Source: an uncultured Gammaproteobacteria bacterium (GTDB lineage Bacteria > Pseudomonadota > Gammaproteobacteria > GCA-001735895). From it: DNA of 64,000 nt. Below the pieces are notes generated by a model. That model made no database searches and was not told the DNA's origin. It saw only the letters and a list, made by a program, of their open reading frames with translations. Shown here in pieces: positions 40,984 to 50,942 of the stretch; position 1 is the first letter of the stretch, and every line of letters starts with the position of its first letter. The stretch covers positions 3,627-67,626 of the forward strand of contig CAZYYM010000002.1 in the NCBI GenBank assembly GCA_964651385.1. The letters run 5' to 3'. Made by a program: the position numbers and the translations under genes.

Positions 40984-41850
40984 TTATTCGATGTTCTGCA
41001 CCTGCTCACGCATTTGCTCAATGAGTACTTTGAGATCTACCGACCACTGTGTGGTTTTGCTATCCTGTGATTTAGAGGCCAATGTATTGGCTTCGCGATT
41101 GAGTTCCTGCATGAGAAAATCGAGTCGCCGTCCGACCGCTTCACGACGTTTAAGTACTTTAATTACTTCGGCAATATGAGTATCGATACGATCAAGTTCT
41201 TCGTCGACATCGAGTTTCTGCGCAAGTATTGCCAGTTCCTGCTCAAGCCTGCTTTCGTTAGCACTTTCGGCCCATTTCTGTAATTTTTCGGTTAAATTAG
41301 CTTTCCACTTCTCGTGCATAGCGGCGACCATAGCAGGACGATGTGTGCGCAATTCCTTGACGATACCGCTTATCTGAGTACAGCGGGAACTGATTAATTC
41401 ACCCAGTGCTTTACCTTCGGTTTCGCGCGATGCGACCAGTTGCTTAAGCGTCTCACCAATCGTCTCTTTCGCGAGCTCGATTAATGGCGACATATCTTTC
41501 TCAGCATCGGCAATAACACCGGGCCAACCCAGGATATCGGATACAGATAGTTTGCTGCCTTCGTGAACTATATTCAGCACTTTCTGTTCGATCTGACGCA
41601 GGCTTCGAACGATATCTTCGTTTAGATCGATATCGGCAGCGTTGATCTGACTGAGTTTGTACCTCAGACCGATGTCGACTTTGCCTCGTGTCAGATATTT
41701 CGCCACCTGCTTGCGAATTTCGGGTTCCAACGTCTTAAATTCTTCCGGCAACTTCAATCCCGGCTCCAGGTATCGGTGATTCACCGAACGAATTTCCCAG
41801 GTCACTGTACCGGAATCGCAGCTTTCCTGTACACGAGCAAATGCGGTCAT
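40984..41850 (-). CDS. yicC: YicC family stress-induced protein
   Basis: MTAFARVQ...WEIRSVNHRYLE at the N-terminus and C-terminal FLMQELNREANTLASKS. Divergent from rph as in E. coli. Confidence 0.88.
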   Translation of the reverse strand: MTAFARVQESCDSGTVTWEIRSVNHRYLEPGLKLPEEFKTLEPEIRKQVAKYLTRGKVDIGLRYKLSQINAADIDLNEDIVRSLRQIEQKVLNIVHEGSKLSVSDILGWPGVIADAEKDMSPLIELAKETIGETLKQLVASRETEGKALGELISSRCTQISGIVKELRTHRPAMVAAMHEKWKANLTEKLQKWAESANESRLEQELAILAQKLDVDEELDRIDTHIAEVIKVLKRREAVGRRLDFLMQELNREANTLASKSQDSKTTQWSVDLKVLIEQMREQVQNIE

Positions 41851-42023
41851 ACTTCTGAGCACGTTCCAATTCTCCAACAAATCAGTAATTGACGGGGCGG
41901 TTTCAAAATCTGGCGAGAATCATAGCCTATTACACCAGCCCTGCGTAAGGGTATCTCCTATCTTTGTGACCGAAGACACGTATAATCCCGCTGATTTATC
42001 AATGATAGCTGAGAGAAAGCCGA

Positions 42024-42740
42024 ATGAGACCCAGCGCACGTGCCGCAAACCAACTTCGTCCGATTCAATTAACGCGAAATTATAATAAACATGCTGAAGG
42101 TTCAGTACTGGTCGAATTTGGTGACACACGGGTCATCTGCACTGCTTCGATCGATGGTTCCGTGCCGGGGTTTTTACGGGGCAAAGGCAGTGGCTGGGTA
42201 ACCGCCGAATACGGTATGTTGCCACGGTCAACCGGTAGTCGTATGCGCCGTGAAGCTAACGCAGGTAGACAAGGTGGACGTACCATGGAAATTCAGCGAT
42301 TAATCGGTCGAGCCTTACGCGCTTGTATCGATACTTCGCTACTGGGTGAGCGCACGATCACCATCGATTGCGATGTGATACAGGCCGATGGCGGCACCCG
42401 TACTGCTTCAATTACCGGCGCATGGGTCGCCTTAGCTGACGCGGTACAATCATTGCTTGACCGAAACATATTGAAGAAAAATCCGATCCAGCACCAGGTT
42501 GCCGCTATCTCAGTAGGTATATTCCAGGAGAAACCCGTGCTTGATCTGGATTACGCAGAAGACAGCCATGCAAATACAGATATGAATGTCGTCATGAATA
42601 ACAAAGGCGGGTTCATTGAAGTCCAGGGCACCGCTGAGGGTGCCGCTTTTTCCGATAGTGAGCTCAATGATATGCTGGTTCTGGCACGTCAGGGCATTAA
42701 CGAGATATTCGAGCTACAGAACAAAGCTAGAACAACGTGA
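42024..42740 (+). CDS. rph: ribonuclease PH
   Basis: [14 protein letters not shown]...[14 protein letters not shown]...[11 protein letters not shown] is the canonical RNase PH sequence. Confidence 0.97.
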   Translation: MRPSARAANQLRPIQLTRNYNKHAEGSVLVEFGDTRVICTASIDGSVPGFLRGKGSGWVTAEYGMLPRSTGSRMRREANAGRQGGRTMEIQRLIGRALRACIDTSLLGERTITIDCDVIQADGGTRTASITGAWVALADAVQSLLDRNILKKNPIQHQVAAISVGIFQEKPVLDLDYAEDSHANTDMNVVMNNKGGFIEVQGTAEGAAFSDSELNDMLVLARQGINEIFELQNKARTT

Positions 42741-43333
42741 CCAAACTGGTTCTGGCTTCGGATAATGCAGGCAAACTGCGCGAGATATCGGCCCTGCTCG
42801 AAAATTTCGGTTATCAGTTACATGCTCAATCTGAATTCGAGGTTCCTGAAGCCCGGGAAACCGGTACTACCTTTGTTGAAAATAGCATTATTAAAGCACG
42901 AAATGCAGCCGAACATACTGGGCTAATGTCACTGGCTGATGACTCGGGTATCGAAGTTGACGCATTGCAGGGTGCACCCGGCGTTTACAGCGCACGCTTT
43001 GCCGGTAAAGGAGCCGGTGACGATGCTAACAATGCATTGCTCGTCGAAAAGCTCGCTTCGGTGCCTTATGAAAAGCGCACGGCTCGCTATCGAGCGGTTA
43101 TTATATTCATGCGCCATGCCGCCGATCCGTCTCCGATTATTTGCGAGGGCAGTTGGGAAGGGATCATTCAGCTCGAACCCCGTGGTAATGGCGGTTTTGG
43201 GTATGATCCCTATTTCTACCTACCATCACATGGCTGTACCAGCGCCGAACTAAGCGCCCAGGAAAAAAATCGATTGAGTCACCGTGGTCAGGCACTACAT
43301 CAGCTAAAAACCCGTCTAAGCCATGCCCTTTAG
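42737..43333 (+). CDS. rdgB: dITP/XTP pyrophosphatase (non-canonical purine NTPase)
   Basis: [13 protein letters not shown]...[14 protein letters not shown]...FGYDPYF are HAM1/RdgB motifs. GTG start overlaps the rph stop. Confidence 0.92.
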   Translation: MTKLVLASDNAGKLREISALLENFGYQLHAQSEFEVPEARETGTTFVENSIIKARNAAEHTGLMSLADDSGIEVDALQGAPGVYSARFAGKGAGDDANNALLVEKLASVPYEKRTARYRAVIIFMRHAADPSPIICEGSWEGIIQLEPRGNGGFGYDPYFYLPSHGCTSAELSAQEKNRLSHRGQALHQLKTRLSHAL

Positions 43334-44516
43334 CAGTAATCCACCACTCGGGCTTTATATTCATTTACCCTGGTGTGAACGCAAATGTCCGTACTGCGAT
43401 TTCAATTCGCATGAAGCCGAATCCATACCCGAAAGTGATTATGTCGATGCTTTACTACACGATCTGGAGCAGGATTTACCGCTGATCTGGGGACGCAGTG
43501 TCGACAGTATCTTCATCGGCGGTGGCACGCCTTCGCTGTTTTCCGCAGACGCCATCGAAAACCTGTTTTCCGGTTTGCGGGCCTTACTCAATCTGAATCC
43601 CGGCATCGAAATTACCATCGAATCGAACCCCGGAAGTGCCGATAGTGAGCATTTTCGTGCTTATCGTGAAACCGGTATAAATCGCTTATCGATAGGCGTA
43701 CAAAGCTTCAACAATGAATTTTTGACCGCACTGGGCAGAATCCATGATTCCTCTCTTGCCAGGCAGGCCTTTGAGGCAGCCAGAACCGCCGGTTTTGACA
43801 ATATTAACATTGATCTGATGTATGGCCTGCCAAACCAAACTCTAGAACAGGCACTTGCCGACATACAACAGGCGGTTGATCTGGGCGTTGAACACATTTC
43901 CCACTACCAGCTCACCATAGAACCCAATACTTTTTTTCATCACCAGACACCAATGGGTATGCCTGATGACGAGCTGAGCTGGGTTCAGCAATGTCAAAGC
44001 CAGGCTCTGCTCGCTAAAGCCGGATACCGCCAATACGAAATATCTGCCTATAGTCAAAATGGTCGCACCTGTCAGCATAACCTCAACTACTGGCATTTCG
44101 GTGACTATCTGGGTATTGGCGCGGGCGCACACGGTAAAATTACACTGGGAAGCGAAAATAGAGTCATCAAGCGAATCAGGCAGCGCCAACCTCAGGCCTA
44201 TTTACAAAATAGCGGCTACAAGAGTATTAGCAGCGAAAAACAGCTGAATACGGCTGACCTGGTTTTCGAATTTATGCTCAACAGCTTACGCCTGAGTGAC
44301 GGTTTCGAAACACGATTATTCGCTGAAAATACCGGTTTATCACTAAGTGAGGTGTTACCTACATTGCAGCATGCGCGGGATAAGGGTTTAATCGAACTCG
44401 ATGCTTTTCACATTTGTCCAAGCAAACGGGGGTTTCAGTATCTGAACGACTTGCAAGCCATGTTCCTCGATCATAAATCACCGAAAAATCAAGTATTTTT
44501 TACCTCTGCCAGCTAA
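43323..44516 (+). CDS. hemW: radical SAM heme chaperone HemW
   Basis: LYIHLPWCERKCPYCDF (CxxxCxxC cluster), GGGTPS and an HemN-C-like tail. The last 11 codons lie downstream of a 12-nt direct-repeat copy (see findings). Confidence 0.9.
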   Translation: MPFSSNPPLGLYIHLPWCERKCPYCDFNSHEAESIPESDYVDALLHDLEQDLPLIWGRSVDSIFIGGGTPSLFSADAIENLFSGLRALLNLNPGIEITIESNPGSADSEHFRAYRETGINRLSIGVQSFNNEFLTALGRIHDSSLARQAFEAARTAGFDNINIDLMYGLPNQTLEQALADIQQAVDLGVEHISHYQLTIEPNTFFHHQTPMGMPDDELSWVQQCQSQALLAKAGYRQYEISAYSQNGRTCQHNLNYWHFGDYLGIGAGAHGKITLGSENRVIKRIRQRQPQAYLQNSGYKSISSEKQLNTADLVFEFMLNSLRLSDGFETRLFAENTGLSLSEVLPTLQHARDKGLIELDAFHICPSKRGFQYLNDLQAMFLDHKSPKNQVFFTSAS

Positions 44517-44517
44517 A

Positions 44518-44526
44518 TTATACACA
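44518..44526 (+). promoter_or_regulatory. DnaA box (TTATACACA)
   Basis: Exact match to the DnaA-box consensus TTWTNCACA, identical as I recall to E. coli oriC box R2. Starts 2 nt after the hemW stop. Confidence 0.5.
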
Positions 44527-44706
44527 GCTATAATCAGCCACCTTATTTTGTCAATAGAAAATATCAATAAAATTCAATACCAATTATTTATTTTATAAGT
44601 TATTGATATTTATATAATTTTATTAATTGATCAAATAATGAGCCATTTAATAAAACATGAGCGTTTATCAAGCCTGTAGCAGTTCTCCTATGTGTTTCCC
44701 ACAGAC

Positions 44707-44729
44707 TTATCCACAGTTTATGTGGATAA
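44707..44729. promoter_or_regulatory. pair of perfect DnaA boxes in inverted orientation (TTATCCACA-5 nt-TGTGGATAA)
   Basis: ttatccaca at 44707-44715 and tgtggataa at 44721-44729, read directly. Both match the strongest E. coli box sequence. Together they form a 9-bp-arm palindrome. Confidence 0.55.
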
Positions 44730-44882
44730 CCCGCAGAGGTTTAATTGCCTCAATGTTTTATGTTATTTTAGTCATAAATCACCTTAAGTTAGTACGCTAA
44801 GTTTGTGCCTGGAGCCTACCCAGGACCATGGGACGCGGATAAAATGCCAACTTTTTATGACCTTTAATTAAAGGTAAAAACG

Positions 44883-46115
44883 ATGCTATTCGAATATTCC
44901 GAAAAATCCAGACAGTTGCAGTCGCAACTTGGTGCTTTCATGGATAAACATATTTATCCCAACGAGCGGGCCTATACTGCGCAATTGCATGAATCGAAAA
45001 ATCGATTTGCGGCGTTGCCATTGATGGACGAATTAAAATCGAAGGCCAAAGCTATCGGTCTGTGGAATTTGTTTGTGCCGGAGGGTCATGCCGATTTCTG
45101 CAGCCATGGTGGCCTGAGTAACTTCGACTATGCCCCGTTGTCAGAGATGATGGGGCGGGTACTCTGGTCAGCGGAAGTGTTCAACTGTAACGCTCCTGAT
45201 AGCGGCAACATGGAAGTGTTGATGAATTATGCCACCAGGGAACAGCAGCGACAGTGGTTAACACCCCTCCTGAATGGAGAAATTCGATCTTCGTATGCGA
45301 TGACCGAGCCGCAGGTCGCTTCAAGTGATGCAACAAATATCGAACTCAGTATAGACCGTGATATTGACCACTGGGTACTCAATGGCCGAAAATGGTTTAT
45401 TACCGGTGCAATGTATGAGCGAACCAAAATTTTTATCGTGATGGGAAAATCCGACCCCGATAATCCCGACCGACACAAACAACAGACACAGGTTTTAGTC
45501 CCCAAAGAAACACCCGGTGTCCGACTCATTCGTTCACTGACTACACTGGGATACGATGATGCCCCCGTCGGGCATGCTGAAATCGAATTCAACAACGTAC
45601 GCGTACCGCTGAAGAATGTGATATTAGGCGAAGGTCGTGGCTTTGAAATCGCCCAGGGACGACTTGGGCCGGGTCGAATGCACCACTGCATGCGCTTGAT
45701 CGGCGCGGCACAGCGGGCACTGGAAATGACTTGTCAGCGTGTCACCCAACGGTCGACTTTCGGCAAAATCCTGGCACAGCATCAATCGGTCCGTGAGGAC
45801 ATTGCCCGCAACTTTTCAGAAATTGAAATGGCGCGCTTGCTGGTGCAGAAAACATGCCGGAGAATGGACTTGGTGGGCGCCCAGGCAGCACGAGATATGA
45901 TCGCCGCCAGTAAAACCAGCGTTCCACTCATGGTGCAGAACATAATCGACCGCTGCATGCAATTGCACGGCGCCGGTGGCCTGACCGGGGACTACTTCAT
46001 GGCAGAGGCATTTAACTACGCTCGATGGTGTCGCCAGGCTGATGGCCCCGATCAGGTTCACCAAATGGCGCTCGGCAAACAGATTATTGAACGCTATGCG
46101 GGTATCCGCCAATGA
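44883..46115 (+). CDS. acyl-CoA dehydrogenase (FadE2 / ACAD10-11 C-domain type)
   Basis: The N-terminus (SEKSRQLQSQLGAFMDKHIYPNERAY) and YAMTEPQVASSDATN are characteristic of this ACAD subfamily. The C-terminal catalytic region reads RGFEIAQGRLGPGRMHHCMR. Confidence 0.88.
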   Translation: MLFEYSEKSRQLQSQLGAFMDKHIYPNERAYTAQLHESKNRFAALPLMDELKSKAKAIGLWNLFVPEGHADFCSHGGLSNFDYAPLSEMMGRVLWSAEVFNCNAPDSGNMEVLMNYATREQQRQWLTPLLNGEIRSSYAMTEPQVASSDATNIELSIDRDIDHWVLNGRKWFITGAMYERTKIFIVMGKSDPDNPDRHKQQTQVLVPKETPGVRLIRSLTTLGYDDAPVGHAEIEFNNVRVPLKNVILGEGRGFEIAQGRLGPGRMHHCMRLIGAAQRALEMTCQRVTQRSTFGKILAQHQSVREDIARNFSEIEMARLLVQKTCRRMDLVGAQAARDMIAASKTSVPLMVQNIIDRCMQLHGAGGLTGDYFMAEAFNYARWCRQADGPDQVHQMALGKQIIERYAGIRQ

Positions 46116-47134
46116 CCGTTGGACAACTCGAGTTAAGCACCCTGGAACACTATCTGAAGGCTAATATTAGCGGCTTTAAGGGACTTCACAGTGCCGAAAA
46201 GTTCAGCGATGGCCAATCTAATCCAACCTTTCTGCTGAATGCGGATTCGGGTCAGTACGTGCTACGTCGGCAACCACCGGGCGAATTACTCAAATCAGCG
46301 CATGCGGTGGACCGTGAATATCGCGTCATCGAAGCACTCGCGACGACCGATGTGCCCGTTGCTGACGCTTGTCACCTTTGCGAAGATCGCGATGTGATCG
46401 GTAGTATTTTTTACGTCATGAGCTATAAACAGGGCCGAATTTTCTGGAATCCTGCTGTACCCGAGCTCGATATCACGCAGCGAGGTGAAATTTACAAAGA
46501 AATGAACCGGATTCTCGCCAGGTTACACGACGTAAATGTCGAGGCGGTGGGTTTGGCTGATTATGGCAGCCCGGGTAATTATTTTAAACGCCAGATCGGA
46601 CGGTGGAGCAAACAGTATATGGCCTCCGAAACAAAAACGATCAAGGCAATGAACCAACTCATGGATTGGCTACCGGAAAACCTGCCTGCAGACGACGGCA
46701 AGATAAGCCTCATTCACGGTGACTACCGAATCGATAATATAATATTCCATGCAACCGAACCCAGGGCACTGGCCCTACTGGACTGGGAGCTCTCGACATT
46801 GGGCCATCCCTACGCAGATCTGGCCTACCAGTGTATGCAATGGCGCATGCCCGATGACGCCGTTATCCCGGGCCTGGGTGATGTCGATCGCAGGCAATCG
46901 GGTATCCCGGACGAAGAAGAGTATGTTGAACAATATTGCACCCGTCGTGGGTTCAATGGAATTCCTGACTGGAATTTCTATGTTGTTTTTAGTTTCTTCC
47001 GCTTCGCGGCTATATTACAGGGTGTAATGAAACGTGCCATCGATGGCAATGCCTCGAGTCAGAAAGCATTTGATTATGGGGCGCTAACACCTAAACTGGC
47101 GACTATGGCGGTCGAAATGATTGAACGGGACTAA
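46112..47134 (+). CDS. phosphotransferase (APH/ChoK-like kinase) family protein
   Basis: SDGQSNPTFLL...YVLRRQP nucleotide-binding region and Brenner/catalytic motif LIHGDYRIDNIIF...LLDWELS. Its ATG overlaps the ACAD stop (ATGA). Confidence 0.85.
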   Translation: MTVGQLELSTLEHYLKANISGFKGLHSAEKFSDGQSNPTFLLNADSGQYVLRRQPPGELLKSAHAVDREYRVIEALATTDVPVADACHLCEDRDVIGSIFYVMSYKQGRIFWNPAVPELDITQRGEIYKEMNRILARLHDVNVEAVGLADYGSPGNYFKRQIGRWSKQYMASETKTIKAMNQLMDWLPENLPADDGKISLIHGDYRIDNIIFHATEPRALALLDWELSTLGHPYADLAYQCMQWRMPDDAVIPGLGDVDRRQSGIPDEEEYVEQYCTRRGFNGIPDWNFYVVFSFFRFAAILQGVMKRAIDGNASSQKAFDYGALTPKLATMAVEMIERD

Positions 47135-47223
47135 TTTAATCGAACATGAGAAAACACTTGCACTTTAGCGGTTTAACCGTCAGAATTCGCGCCCTTTAAA
47201 ACCCTTAGGTATCAGGTTGGACC

Positions 47224-47466
47224 ATGAAAGAAGGTATTCACCCCGAATATAGAGACGTTGTATTTCAGGATATTTCATCTGAATTCGCAATCCTGACACG
47301 TTCTACTGTACCAACTCGAGAAACCATCAAATGGGAAGATGGTAACGAGTATCCATTACTGAAACTCGAAATTTCTAGTCAGTCGCATCCGTTTTACACA
47401 GGTAAGCAGCATATATTACAAACGGCCAAACAGGTTGATAAATTCCGTCAACGTTACGGAAAATAA
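47224..47466 (+). CDS. rpmE2: 50S ribosomal protein L31, type B (zinc-independent form)
   Basis: [16 protein letters not shown]...[12 protein letters not shown] aligns with YkgM-type L31. There is no cysteine anywhere in the 80 aa, so the CxxC zinc ribbon of type A is absent. Confidence 0.93.
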   Translation: MKEGIHPEYRDVVFQDISSEFAILTRSTVPTRETIKWEDGNEYPLLKLEISSQSHPFYTGKQHILQTAKQVDKFRQRYGK

Positions 47467-47484
47467 GGTTCACGAAATTTATGC

Positions 47485-47512
47485 AAAGGGTGCTGTCGGC
47501 ACCCTTTTTTTT
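47485..47512 (+). terminator. rho-independent terminator of the L31 gene
   Basis: aaagggtgc-tgtcg-gcacccttt followed by a run of 8 T (including the 3 T that close the stem), 19 nt after the stop codon. Confidence 0.85.
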
Positions 47513-47557
47513 GCCCAGTGGTTTTAACCCGAGCCGGATTCCGACTACAATAAAACC

Positions 47558-49009
47558 ATGAAACCACGTCTTAGTTCATACTGCCTATCAATTTTTATCC
47601 TGCTCACTACAGGTTGCGCAATCAACCCGGTTAGCGGTGAGCGCGACTTCGTTACTGTCAGCGAATCTGACGAAATCGCGCAGGGCACCAAATATCACCA
47701 GTCAATTATTGCAAAATACGGTGTTTACGATGACCCGGCGCTACAGGTTTATATCAACCAAATTGGCCAGATGCTCGCTGCCAAAAGTCATAGAAATCAT
47801 CTGAAGTTTCACTTCACGGTACTCGACTCACCCGATATTAATGCCTTCGCATTGCCAGGGGGTTACGTTTATATTACCCGCGGCATTATGGCCTATTTAA
47901 ACTCGGAGGCCGAAATTGCAGGTGTTCTCGGGCACGAAATCGGCCATGTCACGGCCCGTCACTCGGTGCGCCAGCAGTCCGGACAATTTGCTACTGATAT
48001 ACTCAATATAATTGTGACTGCCGCGACTGGCAGCCAGTCCCTCGGCCAACTCAGCAATCAGCTAACAACCGGTATTGTGCGGGGCTATGGCCGTGATCAC
48101 GAGCTCGAAGCCGACAAGCTGGGAGCGCAATATCTCCACAAAGTGGGTTACAATCCTGAATCAATGCTCGAAGTTATCGGCGTACTCAAAAATCAGGAAA
48201 TTTATGAAAGAACGCTGGCAAAAAAACAGAATCGCAAGCCTAATATTTATCACGGCGTTTTTTCGACTCACCCTGAAAACGACAGTCGCCTGAAAACCGT
48301 GGTACGCGCAGCGAAAAAACTTTCCACTAAAAAATACCGTGATAGCAATGCCGATAAATACTTGAAAATGATTAACGGCTTAAGATGGGGCCAAAATATC
48401 AAGCAGGGCATCGTGGTTAATAATCGATTCTTGCACCCGGGTCTGGGTATCAGTATTCAGTTTCCCCAGGACTGGCAGATAACCAATTCAGCTGAAACCC
48501 TAATCGCCCGAGATTTCGAGAATGGAGCCATCTTTCAAATGACTCTAATTGATCTCAAAAAAAATGAAACCTTACGGAGCCTGCTCTTACGGCAATCCCA
48601 CAACCAGAAATTAGCGGTGAATTTGCATCGTTTCGGAGCCAGCGCGACAACGCAGGTGTCTATTGGAAAACAGCAACAGCCGGCGCGTATCAGTGCTCTT
48701 AAATTATCGAATACCCAGGCCATATTTATAATTGGCACCAGTAGTAAAAAGACTTTCGTTAAAACTGATGCTACTTTACTGAAAATTAACCGGAGCTATT
48801 CCAGGCTGAGCAAGGAAAAGATCGCCGAGATAAAATCACCTAAACTAGTCATTGTTAAAGCTAAAGCGGGTGACAGTTATACTGCCCTGGCTAAAAAAAG
48901 TCCGCTAAGTTACGACGCTGAAAACCTTTTACGGTTACTGAACCGGGCTTTCCCCAAAGGGGAAATAATCGCCGGCCAACCAATCAAAGTAATCTCGGTT
49001 GATGAATAA
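47558..49009 (+). CDS. M48 family zinc metalloprotease lipoprotein with C-terminal LysM-like domain
   Basis: Lipobox LLTTGC, HExxH (LGHEIGHVTARH) and a downstream glutamate (ELEADKLG). The C-terminal KAKAGDSYTALAKK...IIAGQPIKVI resembles LysM. Confidence 0.85.
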   Translation: MKPRLSSYCLSIFILLTTGCAINPVSGERDFVTVSESDEIAQGTKYHQSIIAKYGVYDDPALQVYINQIGQMLAAKSHRNHLKFHFTVLDSPDINAFALPGGYVYITRGIMAYLNSEAEIAGVLGHEIGHVTARHSVRQQSGQFATDILNIIVTAATGSQSLGQLSNQLTTGIVRGYGRDHELEADKLGAQYLHKVGYNPESMLEVIGVLKNQEIYERTLAKKQNRKPNIYHGVFSTHPENDSRLKTVVRAAKKLSTKKYRDSNADKYLKMINGLRWGQNIKQGIVVNNRFLHPGLGISIQFPQDWQITNSAETLIARDFENGAIFQMTLIDLKKNETLRSLLLRQSHNQKLAVNLHRFGASATTQVSIGKQQQPARISALKLSNTQAIFIIGTSSKKTFVKTDATLLKINRSYSRLSKEKIAEIKSPKLVIVKAKAGDSYTALAKKSPLSYDAENLLRLLNRAFPKGEIIAGQPIKVISVDE

Positions 49010-49841
49010 TCTGTTTTTATTACTGGTTGTGGTTTCGATTTTCAGCTTCGCCTCAGCCGATTCAAAATCGACCATTTCTACATCCCAGGCCTGTAAAAAA
49101 ATCTCCGACAAGCTAGCCAGCGTCGACTACCAGGAATGTCTGTCGGCTGACTTGCAATTCAGCACATCTCTTTCCACCAGAGGCTTTCCGATTCTGGTCA
49201 AAGAATACCCGCCATTAAAAAACAAATCGCCCCTGGGGCGCATTTTACTCGTGGGTGGAACACATGGTGACGAACTTAGTTCAATCAGTATTGTTTTTAA
49301 GTGGATGAAAATCCTCGATAAACACCATTCCGGCCTCTTCCACTGGCGGGTTGCACCTTTGATGAACCCCGATGGCGCGCTGCAAAAAAAACATAATCGG
49401 CTCAATGCCAATGGCGTCGATTTGAATCGCAATTTTCTCATTCCACTATCACGCAGTACCGCAGCTCTTGAATACTGGAAAACCCGCGCCTATTTTAACA
49501 AGCGCCGTTATCCCGGTCCTTATCCCCTCAGTGAACCCGAAACCCGATGGTTATATGAAGAAATTGAGCGATTTAAACCCAGCGTCATTATCGCAGTTCA
49601 CGCGCCCTATTCACTGGTTGACTACGATGCGCCGAGTCGGAAAAATGCCCCAAAACACATCGGATATCTGTATAAGAACCTAATGGGTACTTATCCTGGC
49701 TCACTGGGTAATTATGCCGGTTTGCATCTGGCTATCCCGGTTATAACCCTTGAATTACCTCATGCCGGGATCATGCCCACTAAATTGCAAATTAGTCGTC
49801 TGTGGATTGATCTGGTACGCTGGTTATTACGGAACATATGA
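48999..49841 (+). CDS. M14 family zinc carboxypeptidase (MpaA-like murein peptide amidase)
   Basis: Signal peptide. Zinc ligands GGTHGDE (HxxE) and VHAP. NRNF substrate-binding motif. Overlaps the M48 gene end by 11 nt. Confidence 0.8.
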   Translation: MMNNLFLLLVVVSIFSFASADSKSTISTSQACKKISDKLASVDYQECLSADLQFSTSLSTRGFPILVKEYPPLKNKSPLGRILLVGGTHGDELSSISIVFKWMKILDKHHSGLFHWRVAPLMNPDGALQKKHNRLNANGVDLNRNFLIPLSRSTAALEYWKTRAYFNKRRYPGPYPLSEPETRWLYEEIERFKPSVIIAVHAPYSLVDYDAPSRKNAPKHIGYLYKNLMGTYPGSLGNYAGLHLAIPVITLELPHAGIMPTKLQISRLWIDLVRWLLRNI

Positions 49842-49902
49842 ACCGGTCAAGGAATTCTAAAAAAGAGAAGTTTTTCACAGAAAACTCGGTTTTTTCTGTT
49901 AA

Positions 49903-50940
<1,038 letters not shown>

Positions 50941-50942
50941 TT

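Larger units (their letters stand above)
44471..44783. repeat. 12-nt direct repeat tcataaatcacc flanking the AT-rich/DnaA-box segment
   Basis: Identical 12-mers at 44471-44482 (inside the hemW 3' end) and 44772-44783, read directly from the sequence. 301 nt from first base to first base. Confidence 0.85.

Noticed and set aside
49876-49898. Hairpin acagaaaa-ctcggtt-ttttctgt after the M14 peptidase gene.
   Set aside because: The stem is almost entirely A-U and too weak to call an intrinsic terminator with any confidence.
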